33,986 nt of DNA. Origin: a virus. Taxonomy: Duplodnaviria > Caudoviricetes. The notes beneath the pieces were generated by a model. That model made no database searches, was not told where the DNA came from, and worked only from the letters and a program-made list of their open reading frames with translations. Shown here piece by piece: positions 1-9,655 of the stretch (the first letter of the stretch is position 1; each line of letters starts with the position of its first letter). The translations under genes were made by a program, and so were the position numbers. The stretch covers positions 1-33,986 of IMG/VR virus record IMGVR_UViG_3300025011_000122. One strand, 5' to 3'.

Positions 1-44
1 CTCGTCTGTAAAAAAATGTCCCCAGTGTATCTAAAATATAGGAG

Positions 45-536
45 GTGAGCAGTTTGCCGGAAATTGTAAACTATAGCAAGATGGAAGTAGGGCATAAAGG
101 ATCAGGAAAGCACTGGACTAAAAAAGAAGTTGAGAATAGAACTGCGGCTGCTCAAAAACTAAAAAGCAAAACTCAAGCAAAAATGAAGATGCCTATTTGG
201 CTAGATGAAGAAGCTCGAAGAGTATGGAAAAAAACTTTAAAAGAAATGGCTGAATTCGATTTGCTTGAAAAAGTAGATGAAGAAGGTCTTGCAATATATT
301 GTGATTCGATAGCTAGACACCAAGAGGCATCACTTAAAGTTAGAGAAGAAGGATTTGTAACTATAAATGCCCAAGGAACTGAAACCGTAAGTCCGAATGT
401 TAAAGCGGCTCAGAGTTACGCAAGGCAAGCTTTGCAATATTCCGATAAATACGGTCTTAACGCAAACTCAAGAGCAAGGTTAGCGAAAAAGATGGCCGAA
501 AAGGAAGATGATCCTAATGCCGACTTATTCGATTGA
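45..536 (+). CDS. terS: Terminase small subunit (P27 family)
   Basis: Position before terL; P-x-W-L-D-E-E-A...W, LAIYC, and YGLNANSRARL match P27-family motifs. The start could be GTG 45 or ATG 81. Confidence 0.9.
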   Translation: MSSLPEIVNYSKMEVGHKGSGKHWTKKEVENRTAAAQKLKSKTQAKMKMPIWLDEEARRVWKKTLKEMAEFDLLEKVDEEGLAIYCDSIARHQEASLKVREEGFVTINAQGTETVSPNVKAAQSYARQALQYSDKYGLNANSRARLAKKMAEKEDDPNADLFD

Positions 537-2319
537 AGAAATCAAACTACTCCACCCAACGACTAAATATGCCGTAGAAATAATAAATGGTCAACGAATA
601 GCATGCGAGCTTGAAATACTTTCTTGCCAGCGCCATCTAAACGATTTGGAAAGACAAGGAACTGAAGACTTTCCTTATGTTTTTGATGAAACAAGAGCAA
701 ATAGAATTTTTGATTGGTTTGAAAGATGTTGTCGACATGTTAAGGGTGTGTTTAGCGGTCAATTTATACAACTTGTTCCACATCAACATTTTGACCTTGG
801 ATGTTTATTCGGATGGGTCCATATGAAAACGGGTCGCCGAAGATTTAAAAAATCATATAAACAAGTGTCGAGAGGTAACGCGAAGTCGGCAGAAATGTCA
901 GGCGTTGCGTTGTATGGATTATGTGGAGATTGCTATTACCCGCCAGGTAGTCCACATTTGCGAATATATGAAAATAATCCACAGGTTGAATGTGCGGCCG
1001 TAGACAAAGAGCAAGCAAAAATAGTATGGAACGATGCTAAGTCAATGGGAGAAGGAAGCCCTGATATACTTAAAAGATTAAGTATTAAAAGGACTTATGT
1101 AGAGCACAGACAAAGAGGCGGGCATCTCAGGGCATTGTCCAAAGATACCAAAAATAAAGATGGTTTGTCGCCTTGTATATTTTGCCTTGACGAATACCAC
1201 GCGAATCCTACCTCTGAGGTACACGATGTTGGTTATTCTGCATTTGGTAAAAGAGCACAAAATTTGATGTGTATTATTACCACAGCTGGAAAGGATGCTG
1301 AAAATAATCCTTGTAAAAAAGAGTACGACATTTGTGTGAAAATACTCAAATGCGAAATAATAGACGAGCACTACTTTGTAATAATTCGCCAGATTGATGA
1401 AAAAGATAGCCCGCATGATTTTGTAGTTGCTATAAAAAAAGCAAACCCTATGCTACAGAATGAAAATGAATACTCACAGTATTTATTAGAGCAAATAGAA
1501 GACGAGCATAACAAGGCTTATGGGTCTAGAGATTATGCTAAAATCCGTGAATATCTAACTAAGCGCTGCAATCTATGGCAGATGGACAGCGAAAAGAAAT
1601 TCATGGACGGACTGATGGACAAATATAAAGCGTTGGGAAAAAGTAGAGATGAATTCTTGGAGTTAGTGAAAGGGCGCGAATGTTATTCTGGAGCTGACTT
1701 ATCAAAGAGAATAGATTTAACCGGAAACGGTTATATATTTCCGCTTGACGATGGAAGATATGCCGTAACTGCCCATGGTTGGTTACCGCAAGATAAAGTC
1801 CAATGGCATAAAGATAACGACCGCATGGACTATGAGTACCTGCAAAAAGATGGATGGTGCACTATTCAGGACGGCGGTGTTATCGATACAGACGGGATTA
1901 TTGAATACTCAGAAAAAATGGTATCTGAACAAGGCTGGAGGATAAAAGAATGGGACCTTGACCCCGCCACAGCTTATCAGTTTGGAACGGACTTGAAGAA
2001 ACATAATTATTCAGATGATCAAGTTGTTGACATTAGGCAAGGTCCACTAACACTATCTGAGCCTACGAAGTTTTTTAAAGAACTTGTTATAACAGGCAAA
2101 CTCGTACACGATGGGAGCCCCTTGTTAACTTGGTGTGTAAGTAATGCTATGGAGGTTGATAAAGGCGGCGGGCTTATTATGCTATCTAAAAAACATAAAG
2201 ATGATACGCAAAGAATTGATTTATTGGCGGCGATAATAACAGCAATGCGAAGAGCGATGGTACAGGAAAGTAATAATAAGTGCCCATACAATGCAAATCG
2301 AGGAATAATGATGTTATAA
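508..2319 (+). CDS. terL: Terminase large subunit
   Basis: TGRRRF followed by a Walker A variant (SRGNAKS), Walker B (CLDEYH), IITTAG, nuclease motif GADLSKRIDLT and C-terminal RIDLLAA. Confidence 0.95.
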   Translation: MILMPTYSIEEIKLLHPTTKYAVEIINGQRIACELEILSCQRHLNDLERQGTEDFPYVFDETRANRIFDWFERCCRHVKGVFSGQFIQLVPHQHFDLGCLFGWVHMKTGRRRFKKSYKQVSRGNAKSAEMSGVALYGLCGDCYYPPGSPHLRIYENNPQVECAAVDKEQAKIVWNDAKSMGEGSPDILKRLSIKRTYVEHRQRGGHLRALSKDTKNKDGLSPCIFCLDEYHANPTSEVHDVGYSAFGKRAQNLMCIITTAGKDAENNPCKKEYDICVKILKCEIIDEHYFVIIRQIDEKDSPHDFVVAIKKANPMLQNENEYSQYLLEQIEDEHNKAYGSRDYAKIREYLTKRCNLWQMDSEKKFMDGLMDKYKALGKSRDEFLELVKGRECYSGADLSKRIDLTGNGYIFPLDDGRYAVTAHGWLPQDKVQWHKDNDRMDYEYLQKDGWCTIQDGGVIDTDGIIEYSEKMVSEQGWRIKEWDLDPATAYQFGTDLKKHNYSDDQVVDIRQGPLTLSEPTKFFKELVITGKLVHDGSPLLTWCVSNAMEVDKGGGLIMLSKKHKDDTQRIDLLAAIITAMRRAMVQESNNKCPYNANRGIMML

Positions 2320-2334
2320 AGGATGTGAAAACCT

Positions 2335-3609
2335 TTGAAAATATGCCTATTTGGCAAGGAAATCGAAATAAAAAATCAAATAACGCAGAGTTTACCGAAA
2401 TTGCAGGATGATTCTGCATGGAGTAATTATTTGAATGGTAAAGGTTACAATGTGTCAGCAACTACCGCATTAAAGGTTGCGGTAGTGATTAGATGTGTTG
2501 ATGTGGTAGCAAAGACGATGGCGAGCCTCGGATGTTATCTGCAAAAAGAGACTGACCAAGGGAAAACAAAAGCGCAGAATCATCCTCTCTATAAAATGCT
2601 GAGGATGCTACCAAATCCCAAAACAACGAGCTATGAATTTTGGCACATGTACATTGTAAATCTAATGTTGAGCTGGGGAGCATTTGCGAAAATCGAGAGA
2701 GATCAAAATGGATTTATAAAAGGCCTTTGGAATATACCAACCTGCAGAGTATTTAAAAATTGGAACACTGTAAGCGCTGAAAATTATATTGACGTGACTT
2801 ACAGCAACGGAAAATACGAACGATTATACGAAGGTGAGTATATGTACACGCCGGGCTTCAGATTTCAAGATGAAAAAGATCCGGAAGATGCTATAAAAAT
2901 CGCATCTGATGTATTAGGCTTGACGATGGCTTTAAACGGATATGCTAAGGACTTTTTCGAGAATGGAAGTAATCTTGGAGGATTTATTGAATATCCAACA
3001 TCTGTCCAAGCAGAGGCATTCAGCAAATTTAAAGAAGATTGGCAAAAAACTTATGCCGGGGTAATGAATCAACATAAGTGGGCTATACTTGAGGGTGGTT
3101 TTAAGGTCAATAAAATGGATAGTAACCCAACGGATGCACAAGCCCTTGAATCTCGAAAAATGCAGATCGAGGAAGTATGTAGGATATGGGGCGTACCTCC
3201 GCATAAGGTGTTTATGCTGGATAGAATGACCTTTAACAACGTGGAGCAAATCAATATTGAGTATGTGCAGGAGTGCTTAAACCCAATGGCAGAGAGGTTG
3301 GAACAAACGATATATAAAGACTTATTAAACAGTAAGGAGCAAAATAAGCTTTCTGCAAACTTTAGCACGAACAAACTCTTGAAAGGTGATACAGCAACTA
3401 GGACGACTTATTACAACAGTATGAGACAAAACGGAGTAATGAGTTCGAACGACATAAGAGATTTGGAAGAAATGAATAGAATATCTGCAGAAGATGGAGG
3501 GGATGAGTACTTGGTAAATGGTAATATGATAAGTCTTAGAAATGCTAAAGATAATTTACCGAAATCCTTACAGAAAGGTGGTAGCAATAATGCCGAAACA
3601 AATAAATAA
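2335..3609 (+). CDS. HK97-family portal protein
   Basis: Follows terL; motifs HPLY..L...PN, FFENG, ILEGG, EEVCRIWGVPP, NDIRDLEEM and GGDEY. TTG start. Confidence 0.95.
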   Translation: MKICLFGKEIEIKNQITQSLPKLQDDSAWSNYLNGKGYNVSATTALKVAVVIRCVDVVAKTMASLGCYLQKETDQGKTKAQNHPLYKMLRMLPNPKTTSYEFWHMYIVNLMLSWGAFAKIERDQNGFIKGLWNIPTCRVFKNWNTVSAENYIDVTYSNGKYERLYEGEYMYTPGFRFQDEKDPEDAIKIASDVLGLTMALNGYAKDFFENGSNLGGFIEYPTSVQAEAFSKFKEDWQKTYAGVMNQHKWAILEGGFKVNKMDSNPTDAQALESRKMQIEEVCRIWGVPPHKVFMLDRMTFNNVEQINIEYVQECLNPMAERLEQTIYKDLLNSKEQNKLSANFSTNKLLKGDTATRTTYYNSMRQNGVMSSNDIRDLEEMNRISAEDGGDEYLVNGNMISLRNAKDNLPKSLQKGGSNNAETNK

Positions 3610-4357
3610 ATATTGGGAAGTAAGAATGAAAGCTCAAGACAAAAAAGTCGGTGAGCTTTTATTATATGGCGAAATAGCTAGTACTAGCTACTGGGGAGAC
3701 GAAGTCACGCCGACACAGATTGACGCTGATATAAAAGCCCTCGGTGAGATCGATACACTTAATGTGTACATCAACTCTGGAGGTGGCTCAGTTTTTGCAG
3801 GACAGGCAATATATAACATAATTAAACGCTGTAAGGCAGGAATTAAAAATGCTTATATTGACGGCTTAGCGGCTTCGATGGCATCCGTCATACCACTGGC
3901 ATGTGACAAAGTATACATGCCAAGTAACGCAACCATGATGGTACATAATCCGATATGTGGTGTATATGGAAATGCAGGAGAACTTAGGGTTATAGCTGAT
4001 AGGTTGGATAAAATCCGAGAAAGTATTTTGGATGTATATAAAGAAAAAACAGGACTTGATGAAACAAAATTGATTGAGCTCATGGATGCAGAAACTTGGA
4101 TGACAGCCAAAGAAGCTATTGCGATGGGTTTTGCAGATGAGATGCAAGCCGAAACAAAGATTACCGCCTCTGTGGATGGTGATTTTTTAATTTACGGTGA
4201 TGTGAAAGTAGACACGACAGCATTTAAGAACTTTAAAGCGGAACAGATAGAAATACACAGGGGGGCAACTAAACCGCCTGAGCCTGTTATTAATACATTG
4301 CAAGACCAGAACAAAGAGTTCAAAAGAATAAAAAATAAAATACTAGGAGGAATTTAA
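3590..4357 (+). CDS. ClpP-like prohead maturation protease
   Basis: INSGGGSVF, IDGLAASMAS (catalytic Ser), MMVHNP (His), ETWMTAKEAIAMGFAD. Start set at ATG 3590, downstream of AAAGGTGG. Confidence 0.93.
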   Translation: MPKQINKYWEVRMKAQDKKVGELLLYGEIASTSYWGDEVTPTQIDADIKALGEIDTLNVYINSGGGSVFAGQAIYNIIKRCKAGIKNAYIDGLAASMASVIPLACDKVYMPSNATMMVHNPICGVYGNAGELRVIADRLDKIRESILDVYKEKTGLDETKLIELMDAETWMTAKEAIAMGFADEMQAETKITASVDGDFLIYGDVKVDTTAFKNFKAEQIEIHRGATKPPEPVINTLQDQNKEFKRIKNKILGGI

Positions 4358-4358
4358 A

Positions 4359-5558
4359 ATGCCAGGTAAAAGATTAATTGAACTAAAGCAAGAAAGAGCA
4401 ACCGTTACAAACAGCATAAGAAACATTATGACTGAGTTTGAAGGAAAGGAAATGGAAGCTGTAAAGAAAGAGGAACTACTAAAAGTTGAGAATAGGTTTG
4501 ATGAAATAAATGACCTAATCTTGAAAGAAGAAAAACAGCTAAACAGAGAAAGAACGATAGGTGAGAAGCAGAACGACGATAACAAGACAAATAATGAAGG
4601 AAGAGTAGATGAAGCACAAGCGGCGTTCAAGGATTACATTATTTCAGGGAGCAAACAAGCCTTTGAAGTTTATGCTGCATTACAACAGGATAATCCAACT
4701 CAAGCTGGTTACCTTGTTGCCCCAGAACAATTCCAAAAAGAAATAATCAAAGGCATTGATAATGTATTTATTATGAGACAAAAAGGAAAAGTGTTGCCAG
4801 CGTTGAAAGAAGCGAAATCTTTAGGATATCCACAGCGAACAGCTAGGGTGTCAAATTTTACGTGGGGCACCGAGCTTTCCACGCCTACTGCAGATACAGC
4901 ATTATCTGTTGGAAAGAGAGAGTTTAAACCAAACCCAGGTTCGCTTGAAATATTGGTTTCAAAAACGCTACTTAGGAATGCACCATACGCAGAAGGATTC
5001 ATAATGTCTGAATTAACATTTGGTGTTGGAGAATCGCTTGAAAAAGCTTACATGGCTGGAACAGGATTTAATCAGCCACTCGGACTGTTTACTGCATCTG
5101 CAGATGGCATAAGCATAGCAAGAGACGTCGCTACAGGAAATACTGCCACATCAATGACTTTTGACGGCTTAATAGAAGCAAAGTACAGCATCAAGGATCA
5201 GTATCAGAAGGCTTGTGAATGGATATTCCATCGTGATGGAGTAAAACAAATTGCGAAAATCAAAGACGGTGACGGACAGTACATTTGGCAGCCTTCAGTT
5301 GTAGCAGGAACACCAGATATGCTTTTAAGCAAGCCTGTAAATAGTTCTGAATACGCGCCAAATACATTTACATCCGGATTATACACAGGCCTTTATGGCG
5401 ATCTTTCTTGGTACTGGATGTGTGATGCACTAACGATGGAAATGCAGATATTATTGGAACTTTATGCTAGATCAAACCAGGTAGATTATATTCTCAGGAT
5501 TGAAACAGATGGAGCTCCAGTACTTGAGGAAGCATTTGCAAGAGTAAAGCTTGGCTAA
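4359..5558 (+). CDS. Major capsid protein, HK97 fold, with N-terminal coiled-coil delta domain
   Basis: GYLVAP, G..QPLG, KDGDGQYIWQP and LLSKPV motifs; GGAGG RBS. Confidence 0.95.
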   Translation: MPGKRLIELKQERATVTNSIRNIMTEFEGKEMEAVKKEELLKVENRFDEINDLILKEEKQLNRERTIGEKQNDDNKTNNEGRVDEAQAAFKDYIISGSKQAFEVYAALQQDNPTQAGYLVAPEQFQKEIIKGIDNVFIMRQKGKVLPALKEAKSLGYPQRTARVSNFTWGTELSTPTADTALSVGKREFKPNPGSLEILVSKTLLRNAPYAEGFIMSELTFGVGESLEKAYMAGTGFNQPLGLFTASADGISIARDVATGNTATSMTFDGLIEAKYSIKDQYQKACEWIFHRDGVKQIAKIKDGDGQYIWQPSVVAGTPDMLLSKPVNSSEYAPNTFTSGLYTGLYGDLSWYWMCDALTMEMQILLELYARSNQVDYILRIETDGAPVLEEAFARVKLG

Positions 5559-5565
5559 AACTAAC

Positions 5566-5583
5566 GGCGGTAGAAATACCGCC
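5566..5583 (+). terminator. Hairpin after the capsid gene (weak terminator or mRNA stabiliser)
   Basis: GGCGGTA-GAAA-TACCGCC with a poor U tail. Confidence 0.5.
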
Positions 5584-5615
5584 TAATAATATTTAAAATT
5601 GGAGGAATGAAAATA

Positions 5616-6050
5616 ATGATGGAATCAATTTTGAAAGAAACTAAAATTGACAAAGTATTAAATAACACAGCAGCTGGAACAGCTGATACGCTAACAGGTG
5701 ACATAATTGATTTGCAGGGATTTGACAGTGTGCTCTTGATTGCTACTACAGGCGATGTTATAGCAACAGCAGTCGGAACACTAAAGGCGTATTGTGGTGA
5801 TGCGGCAGCTTTGGGGGATGGTGCATACAAAACAGCAACTGCAACATTTACAGCTGATTCAACAAATGCAGACAATAAGATCGTAGCGCTTGATGTAATC
5901 AGACCGGGTAAAAGATATGTTAGAGCTGACTTTGTCAGAGCTACAGCAAATATCCCGGTAGAGTCAATTGTAGCTATTCGCTACAATGCGAGAAATATAC
6001 CATGTGCACAGCCAGCAGATGTTGTCGCAAGTGGTATTTCAGTAAACTAA
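5616..6050 (+). CDS. Putative capsid cement/decoration protein
   Basis: Directly after the capsid gene; beta-rich, Ala/Thr-rich, with IDLQGFDSV...KRYVR. Function inferred from position. Confidence 0.55.
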   Translation: MMESILKETKIDKVLNNTAAGTADTLTGDIIDLQGFDSVLLIATTGDVIATAVGTLKAYCGDAAALGDGAYKTATATFTADSTNADNKIVALDVIRPGKRYVRADFVRATANIPVESIVAIRYNARNIPCAQPADVVASGISVN

Positions 6051-6055
6051 TTTAA

Positions 6056-6077
6056 AGCCCAGTGTAACAGCTGGGCT
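6056..6077 (+). terminator. Intergenic hairpin
   Basis: AGCCCAG...CTGGGCT stem between two head genes. Confidence 0.4.
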
Positions 6078-6103
6078 AATCTTATACTTGGAGGTAAATG
6101 AAA

Positions 6104-6346
6104 ATGGCAGGAGAAAATGCAAAAGTACATAAATCACAAAACCCTGACTTGTTAACAGTTGAAAGCGGTGGGGAAATAAAGGTTGTTTCTGGTGGCAAAA
6201 TTACAGCAAATGGAACACAAGCGGCTACGATTGCAGTACAAACAGGAGCGGCAGGAGCGAACCCGACACAGGCAGAGTATGCCGTATTGGTTGCGGCATT
6301 TAACGCACTTGTTACAGCTTGTAAAAATGTAGGCATAATTGCATAG
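6104..6346 (+). CDS. Head fibre-like small protein
   Basis: C-terminal 'AAFNALVTACKNVGIIA' resembles the head-fibre trimerisation motif; GGAGG RBS. Confidence 0.6.
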   Translation: MAGENAKVHKSQNPDLLTVESGGEIKVVSGGKITANGTQAATIAVQTGAAGANPTQAEYAVLVAAFNALVTACKNVGIIA

Positions 6347-6354
6347 GAGGGCGT

Positions 6355-6582
6355 ATGAAAATCAAACTATTAAAAGAAATATGCTGTCCTGAAGGTAGTT
6401 TCCAAATTGGCGATATAGTAGATTTGATTGAAAGTACCGCGATTGGATTGCTAGATGGCGGCTATGCAGAGGCTATTGTGGAGGACGGTGATAAAGTTGA
6501 GCATAAAAATAATAACGCCACCAGCGACGGAACCACTGACACTGACGGAAGCAAAACTGCACCTAAGAGTAGACGGAAGTAA
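6355..6582 (+). CDS. Small head-associated hypothetical protein
   Basis: GGAGG RBS; MKIKLLK...G...GDIVD...A..LLDGGYAE followed by a disordered basic tail, as often seen before the connector gene. Confidence 0.65.
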   Translation: MKIKLLKEICCPEGSFQIGDIVDLIESTAIGLLDGGYAEAIVEDGDKVEHKNNNATSDGTTDTDGSKTAPKSRRK

Positions 6583-7066
6583 TGATGATGCATTATTGAC
6601 TAGCTTGATAAAACAAGCAAGGGAATATTGTGAGGATTACCAAGGCAAGAAGTTTATAACACAAACTTTGGAATTGGTCCTGGATAATTTTCCGTGTGCT
6701 GATTACATTGAGTTTAAATCTTGCTCTCCGGTGCAGTCAGTAACATCTGCAAAATATTACGATACTGCAGGAACTGAGTATACCTTGTCTAGTGGTGATT
6801 ATATCGTTGATGCTGATAGTTTTGTCGCTAAGATAGTGCTTGGGTATAACAAGTCCTGGCCAAATACAATACTGCAACCTGTAAATGGTGTAAGAATTAG
6901 ATTTGTTGCAGGTTATGGTGAGGCTACAGCGGTACCGGAGTCGGTAAAATGGGCTATGGTCTTACACATGAAGCTTTTGTATGACGATTACAAGCCGGAT
7001 GAACGTGAGAAGCTTGAGAAAGCAAGAAATGCTTTACTTGGCATGAGAAGGGTTGTGAATGTATGA
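6497..7066 (+). CDS. Head-tail connector protein (gp6 / phiE125 gp8-like)
   Basis: EPLTLTEAKLHLRVD...DDALLTSLI..AREYCE and FVAGYG..VP..VK.A. Probable TTG start at 6497. Confidence 0.9.
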   Translation: MSIKIITPPATEPLTLTEAKLHLRVDGSNDDALLTSLIKQAREYCEDYQGKKFITQTLELVLDNFPCADYIEFKSCSPVQSVTSAKYYDTAGTEYTLSSGDYIVDADSFVAKIVLGYNKSWPNTILQPVNGVRIRFVAGYGEATAVPESVKWAMVLHMKLLYDDYKPDEREKLEKARNALLGMRRVVNV

Positions 7067-7383
7067 GGTCAGAGAGATTGCGACATCGAATAACTATACA
7101 AGTGCAATCGACCACTAGAGATAGTTACAATCAGCCAGTTGATACTTGGACAACATTTGCAACGGTGTGGGCTAACATAGTACAAAAGAGTAGCAGAGAG
7201 TTTTATTCAGCACAAAAAATAAATGCTGAAATAACAGAGTTGTTTGTAATCCGTTACTTGCCCGGATTACTCTCTAATATGCGAGTGATTTTTGACAATC
7301 GGTACTTTGATATTATCGGCCCGCCTATCATACCTAGGGAAATTAAGACTCAGATGCAAATAATATGCAAGGAGTTGATTTGA
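7063..7383 (+). CDS. Head closure protein (SPP1 gp16-like)
   Basis: LRHRITIQ...W...ATVWA...IRY...MRV; gene position. Confidence 0.9.
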   Translation: MRSERLRHRITIQVQSTTRDSYNQPVDTWTTFATVWANIVQKSSREFYSAQKINAEITELFVIRYLPGLLSNMRVIFDNRYFDIIGPPIIPREIKTQMQIICKELI

Positions 7384-7823
7384 TGGCTACTAATAACATA
7401 ACCGGAATCAGGGATGTGCAAAGACTGCTTGATCGTGTCGGCCGTGCTCCTGCAAAGGTATTAACTAAGGCTACAAAACTAGGAGCCTATATTGTACGAA
7501 ATCAAGCGCGCGCTAATGCTCCGGTTGATAGTGGAGCATTAAAACGAGGTATAAAGTTAAAAGCCGAGAAGCGAAGAGCAGGGAAAAAAGTATATCAAAT
7601 TAGCTTTTTTGGTAGAGACGGCAAGACGGGTGAAGAGTTTATTAAAATCGAATCTGATGGAAGCAGATCCTTTTATCCAGTATCGCAGGAATATGGATGG
7701 AAAAGTGATGGAGGATACATAGAAGGTAAAAGGTTTTTACGTGATGCTTTTGAAAATAACAGAGAAGCTATAAAAGATGTAATACTAACATCTATGTTCA
7801 GAGAGTTGAACAGCGTGAGGTAA
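7383..7823 (+). CDS. HK97 gp10-family tail completion protein
   Basis: ARANAPVDSGALKRGI, EYG and FLRDAF motifs. Confidence 0.88.
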   Translation: MATNNITGIRDVQRLLDRVGRAPAKVLTKATKLGAYIVRNQARANAPVDSGALKRGIKLKAEKRRAGKKVYQISFFGRDGKTGEEFIKIESDGSRSFYPVSQEYGWKSDGGYIEGKRFLRDAFENNREAIKDVILTSMFRELNSVR

Positions 7824-7825
7824 TT

Positions 7826-8221
7826 ATGGATATAGAACAAGGAATAATATTTGAATTAAATGCAGTGTCAGGATTGGAAAATAAAGTTTTTGCACTCAAT
7901 GCGGATCCAAGAGCAGAGGTGCCTTATTTAGTTTTTGAGTTGTCCAACAGCGAACGCACGGAAATATTAGACTCAGGACACGATGGGCATGTTGAAGCAA
8001 ACTATCAGCTAGATTTTTATCAAACTGATTTTACAAGTCTTAAAGCATTGCAAAAATTAATTGTGAAGAAAATAAAAACTTGGAACTTTACTAACCTTGC
8101 TATAACAGGTCCGTATGTTGAGCAAGCATCAATCACAGGCATATCACACGCATACTCGGAGCAATTAAAAATATATGCAGGGACAATTGAGTTACAAATA
8201 AACTATCACGAGGAGGACTAA
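7826..8221 (+). CDS. Tail terminator protein (DUF3168-like)
   Basis: Position before the tail tube gene; PYLVF and YQLDFY motifs. Confidence 0.75.
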   Translation: MDIEQGIIFELNAVSGLENKVFALNADPRAEVPYLVFELSNSERTEILDSGHDGHVEANYQLDFYQTDFTSLKALQKLIVKKIKTWNFTNLAITGPYVEQASITGISHAYSEQLKIYAGTIELQINYHEED

Positions 8222-8223
8222 AA

Positions 8224-8952
8224 ATGAAAAGAGGAATGGGAACAACGATATCTATTGATGGAGTAAACATTGGCAAGCTTACTAATATCAAAACGCCTGA
8301 GATATCTGCAGATACAATTGATTCAACGACTTTGGATGTAACAGATAATCATAGAACATTTGAACCAGGAATGATTGACGCCGGTGAAATAACATTTGGT
8401 GGTTTTTATGAAAACAGCGATGCTGGTCTTACTGCTATAAAAGCGGCGATTGATGCAGGAACTTTAAACGCATACGTAATAACATTCCCGGCAACTATCG
8501 GGGCGACATGGTCATTTAATGGCTTAGTTACAAAGTTTAATACAGGCGAAGCAACGTTGGAAGATGGTGTATCCTTTGAAATTTCTGTTAAGATTTCGGG
8601 CAAACCAGTACTTGGGACAACTGCATCAGCTGGTATGAGTGCGGCTACCTTTGTACAAACTGACGGATCAACCGCACTTACGGCAGCGGCATTGACACCA
8701 ACATTTGCAATTGGTACATTTGTGTACGGCTTTAACTACACAACACAGACTAGCTTTAAGCCTAAGTTTACAGCAGTAGGCCACACAATTAAGATATTTG
8801 TTAATGATGTTTACGTTGAAACTATATCTTCTGGTGTTGCTGGTTCTGACATTGCAATGGCATCAGCTGGAGCTAAGAAAGTAACTGCAGTAGTAACCGA
8901 AGCAGGAAAGACACCGAAAACATATACGTTTATGGTTTCAAGATTGTCGTAG
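8224..8952 (+). CDS. Major tail tube protein with a C-terminal Ig/cadherin-like domain
   Basis: IDSTTLD...F.PG.IDAGEI and F....KISGKP tube motifs, plus an extra ~110 aa ending in VT...KTPKTYT. Confidence 0.88.
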   Translation: MKRGMGTTISIDGVNIGKLTNIKTPEISADTIDSTTLDVTDNHRTFEPGMIDAGEITFGGFYENSDAGLTAIKAAIDAGTLNAYVITFPATIGATWSFNGLVTKFNTGEATLEDGVSFEISVKISGKPVLGTTASAGMSAATFVQTDGSTALTAAALTPTFAIGTFVYGFNYTTQTSFKPKFTAVGHTIKIFVNDVYVETISSGVAGSDIAMASAGAKKVTAVVTEAGKTPKTYTFMVSRLS

Positions 8953-8964
8953 TAAAAAATTACA

Positions 8965-8996
8965 TAAAGAGACTATCTTTCGAGGTAGTCTCTTTA
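8965..8996 (+). terminator. Intrinsic terminator after the tail tube gene
   Basis: AAAGAGACTATCT-TTCG-AGGTAGTCTCTTT. Confidence 0.75.
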
Positions 8997-9029
8997 AATT
9001 TAAAATAAAATATTTGGAGGACAAATAAA

Positions 9030-9350
9030 GTGGAAAAAAACAACGATGTTGTAATTATAAATGTTGATAAACCAAGGAATTTGAGATTTGGGCATAAGGC
9101 TCTTAAATCAATAAAACAGATGACTGGAAAATCAGTTATGGAAATGAATTTGGCAGATCTGGATGATAAAGATCTTGAAAAAATATTTTATTGCGGGCTA
9201 AAGCACGAAGACAGTGAGCTGGAGCTTGAGCAAATAGAAGAAATACTTGACAAGACAAGTTACCATCAAGCAATTGAAGCTTTAACAGAAGCTTTAAATT
9301 TAGCCTTTGGTGTAAATGAAAAAAACGATCAGAGGACAGCGGAGAAGTAA
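9030..9350 (+). CDS. Tail assembly chaperone (gpG-like)
   Basis: Lies between tube and tape measure genes; GGAGG RBS, GTG start, slippery site near the 3' end. Confidence 0.85.
   Translation: MEKNNDVVIINVDKPRNLRFGHKALKSIKQMTGKSVMEMNLADLDDKDLEKIFYCGLKHEDSELELEQIEEILDKTSYHQAIEALTEALNLAFGVNEKNDQRTAEK
9320..9326 (+). other. -1 programmed frameshift heptamer A AAA AAC
   Basis: X XXY YYZ pattern in the gpG frame; the -1 frame is open from here to 9655. Confidence 0.8.
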
Positions 9351-9655
9351 AAGATTGGGACTGGGAAGAATCGTATAAAACTGCTGTCCGAGTAGGTATT
9401 ACAGATACCGAGTACGACCATATGACACCTTATGAGCTAAATATTAGGGTAGAAATGTACTCGGAGCTAAAAAAAGAACAAAGAAAAGCGGATATCGTTA
9501 CCGCTTTTTATTCTGCTTATTTTCAGAGACTTAAGACGCTATCCAGTAAGGATTTGAATGATATTTTAGATAAAATTGATAATCCGGAAATGGATGATTA
9601 TGCAATGTTTGGTGTTATTAAGCGCTTGGATGCAATGTTTGGGGGTGAAGTCTGA
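9326..9655 (+). CDS. gpT portion of the G-T frameshift fusion chaperone
   Basis: The -1 frame reads RSEDSGEVKDWDWEESYKTAVRVGITDTEYDHMTPYEL...; no evident RBS before the ATG at 9422. Confidence 0.78.
   Translation, partial: RSEDSGEVKDWDWEESYKTAVRVGITDTEYDHMTPYELNIRVEMYSELKKEQRKADIVTAFYSAYFQRLKTLSSKDLNDILDKIDNPEMDDYAMFGVIKRLDAMFGGEV

Noticed and set aside
6455-6582. Long overlap suggesting a frameshift between the 6355 ORF and the connector gene
   Set aside because: The connector has a plausible RBS and TTG start at 6497, and no slippery site is evident.
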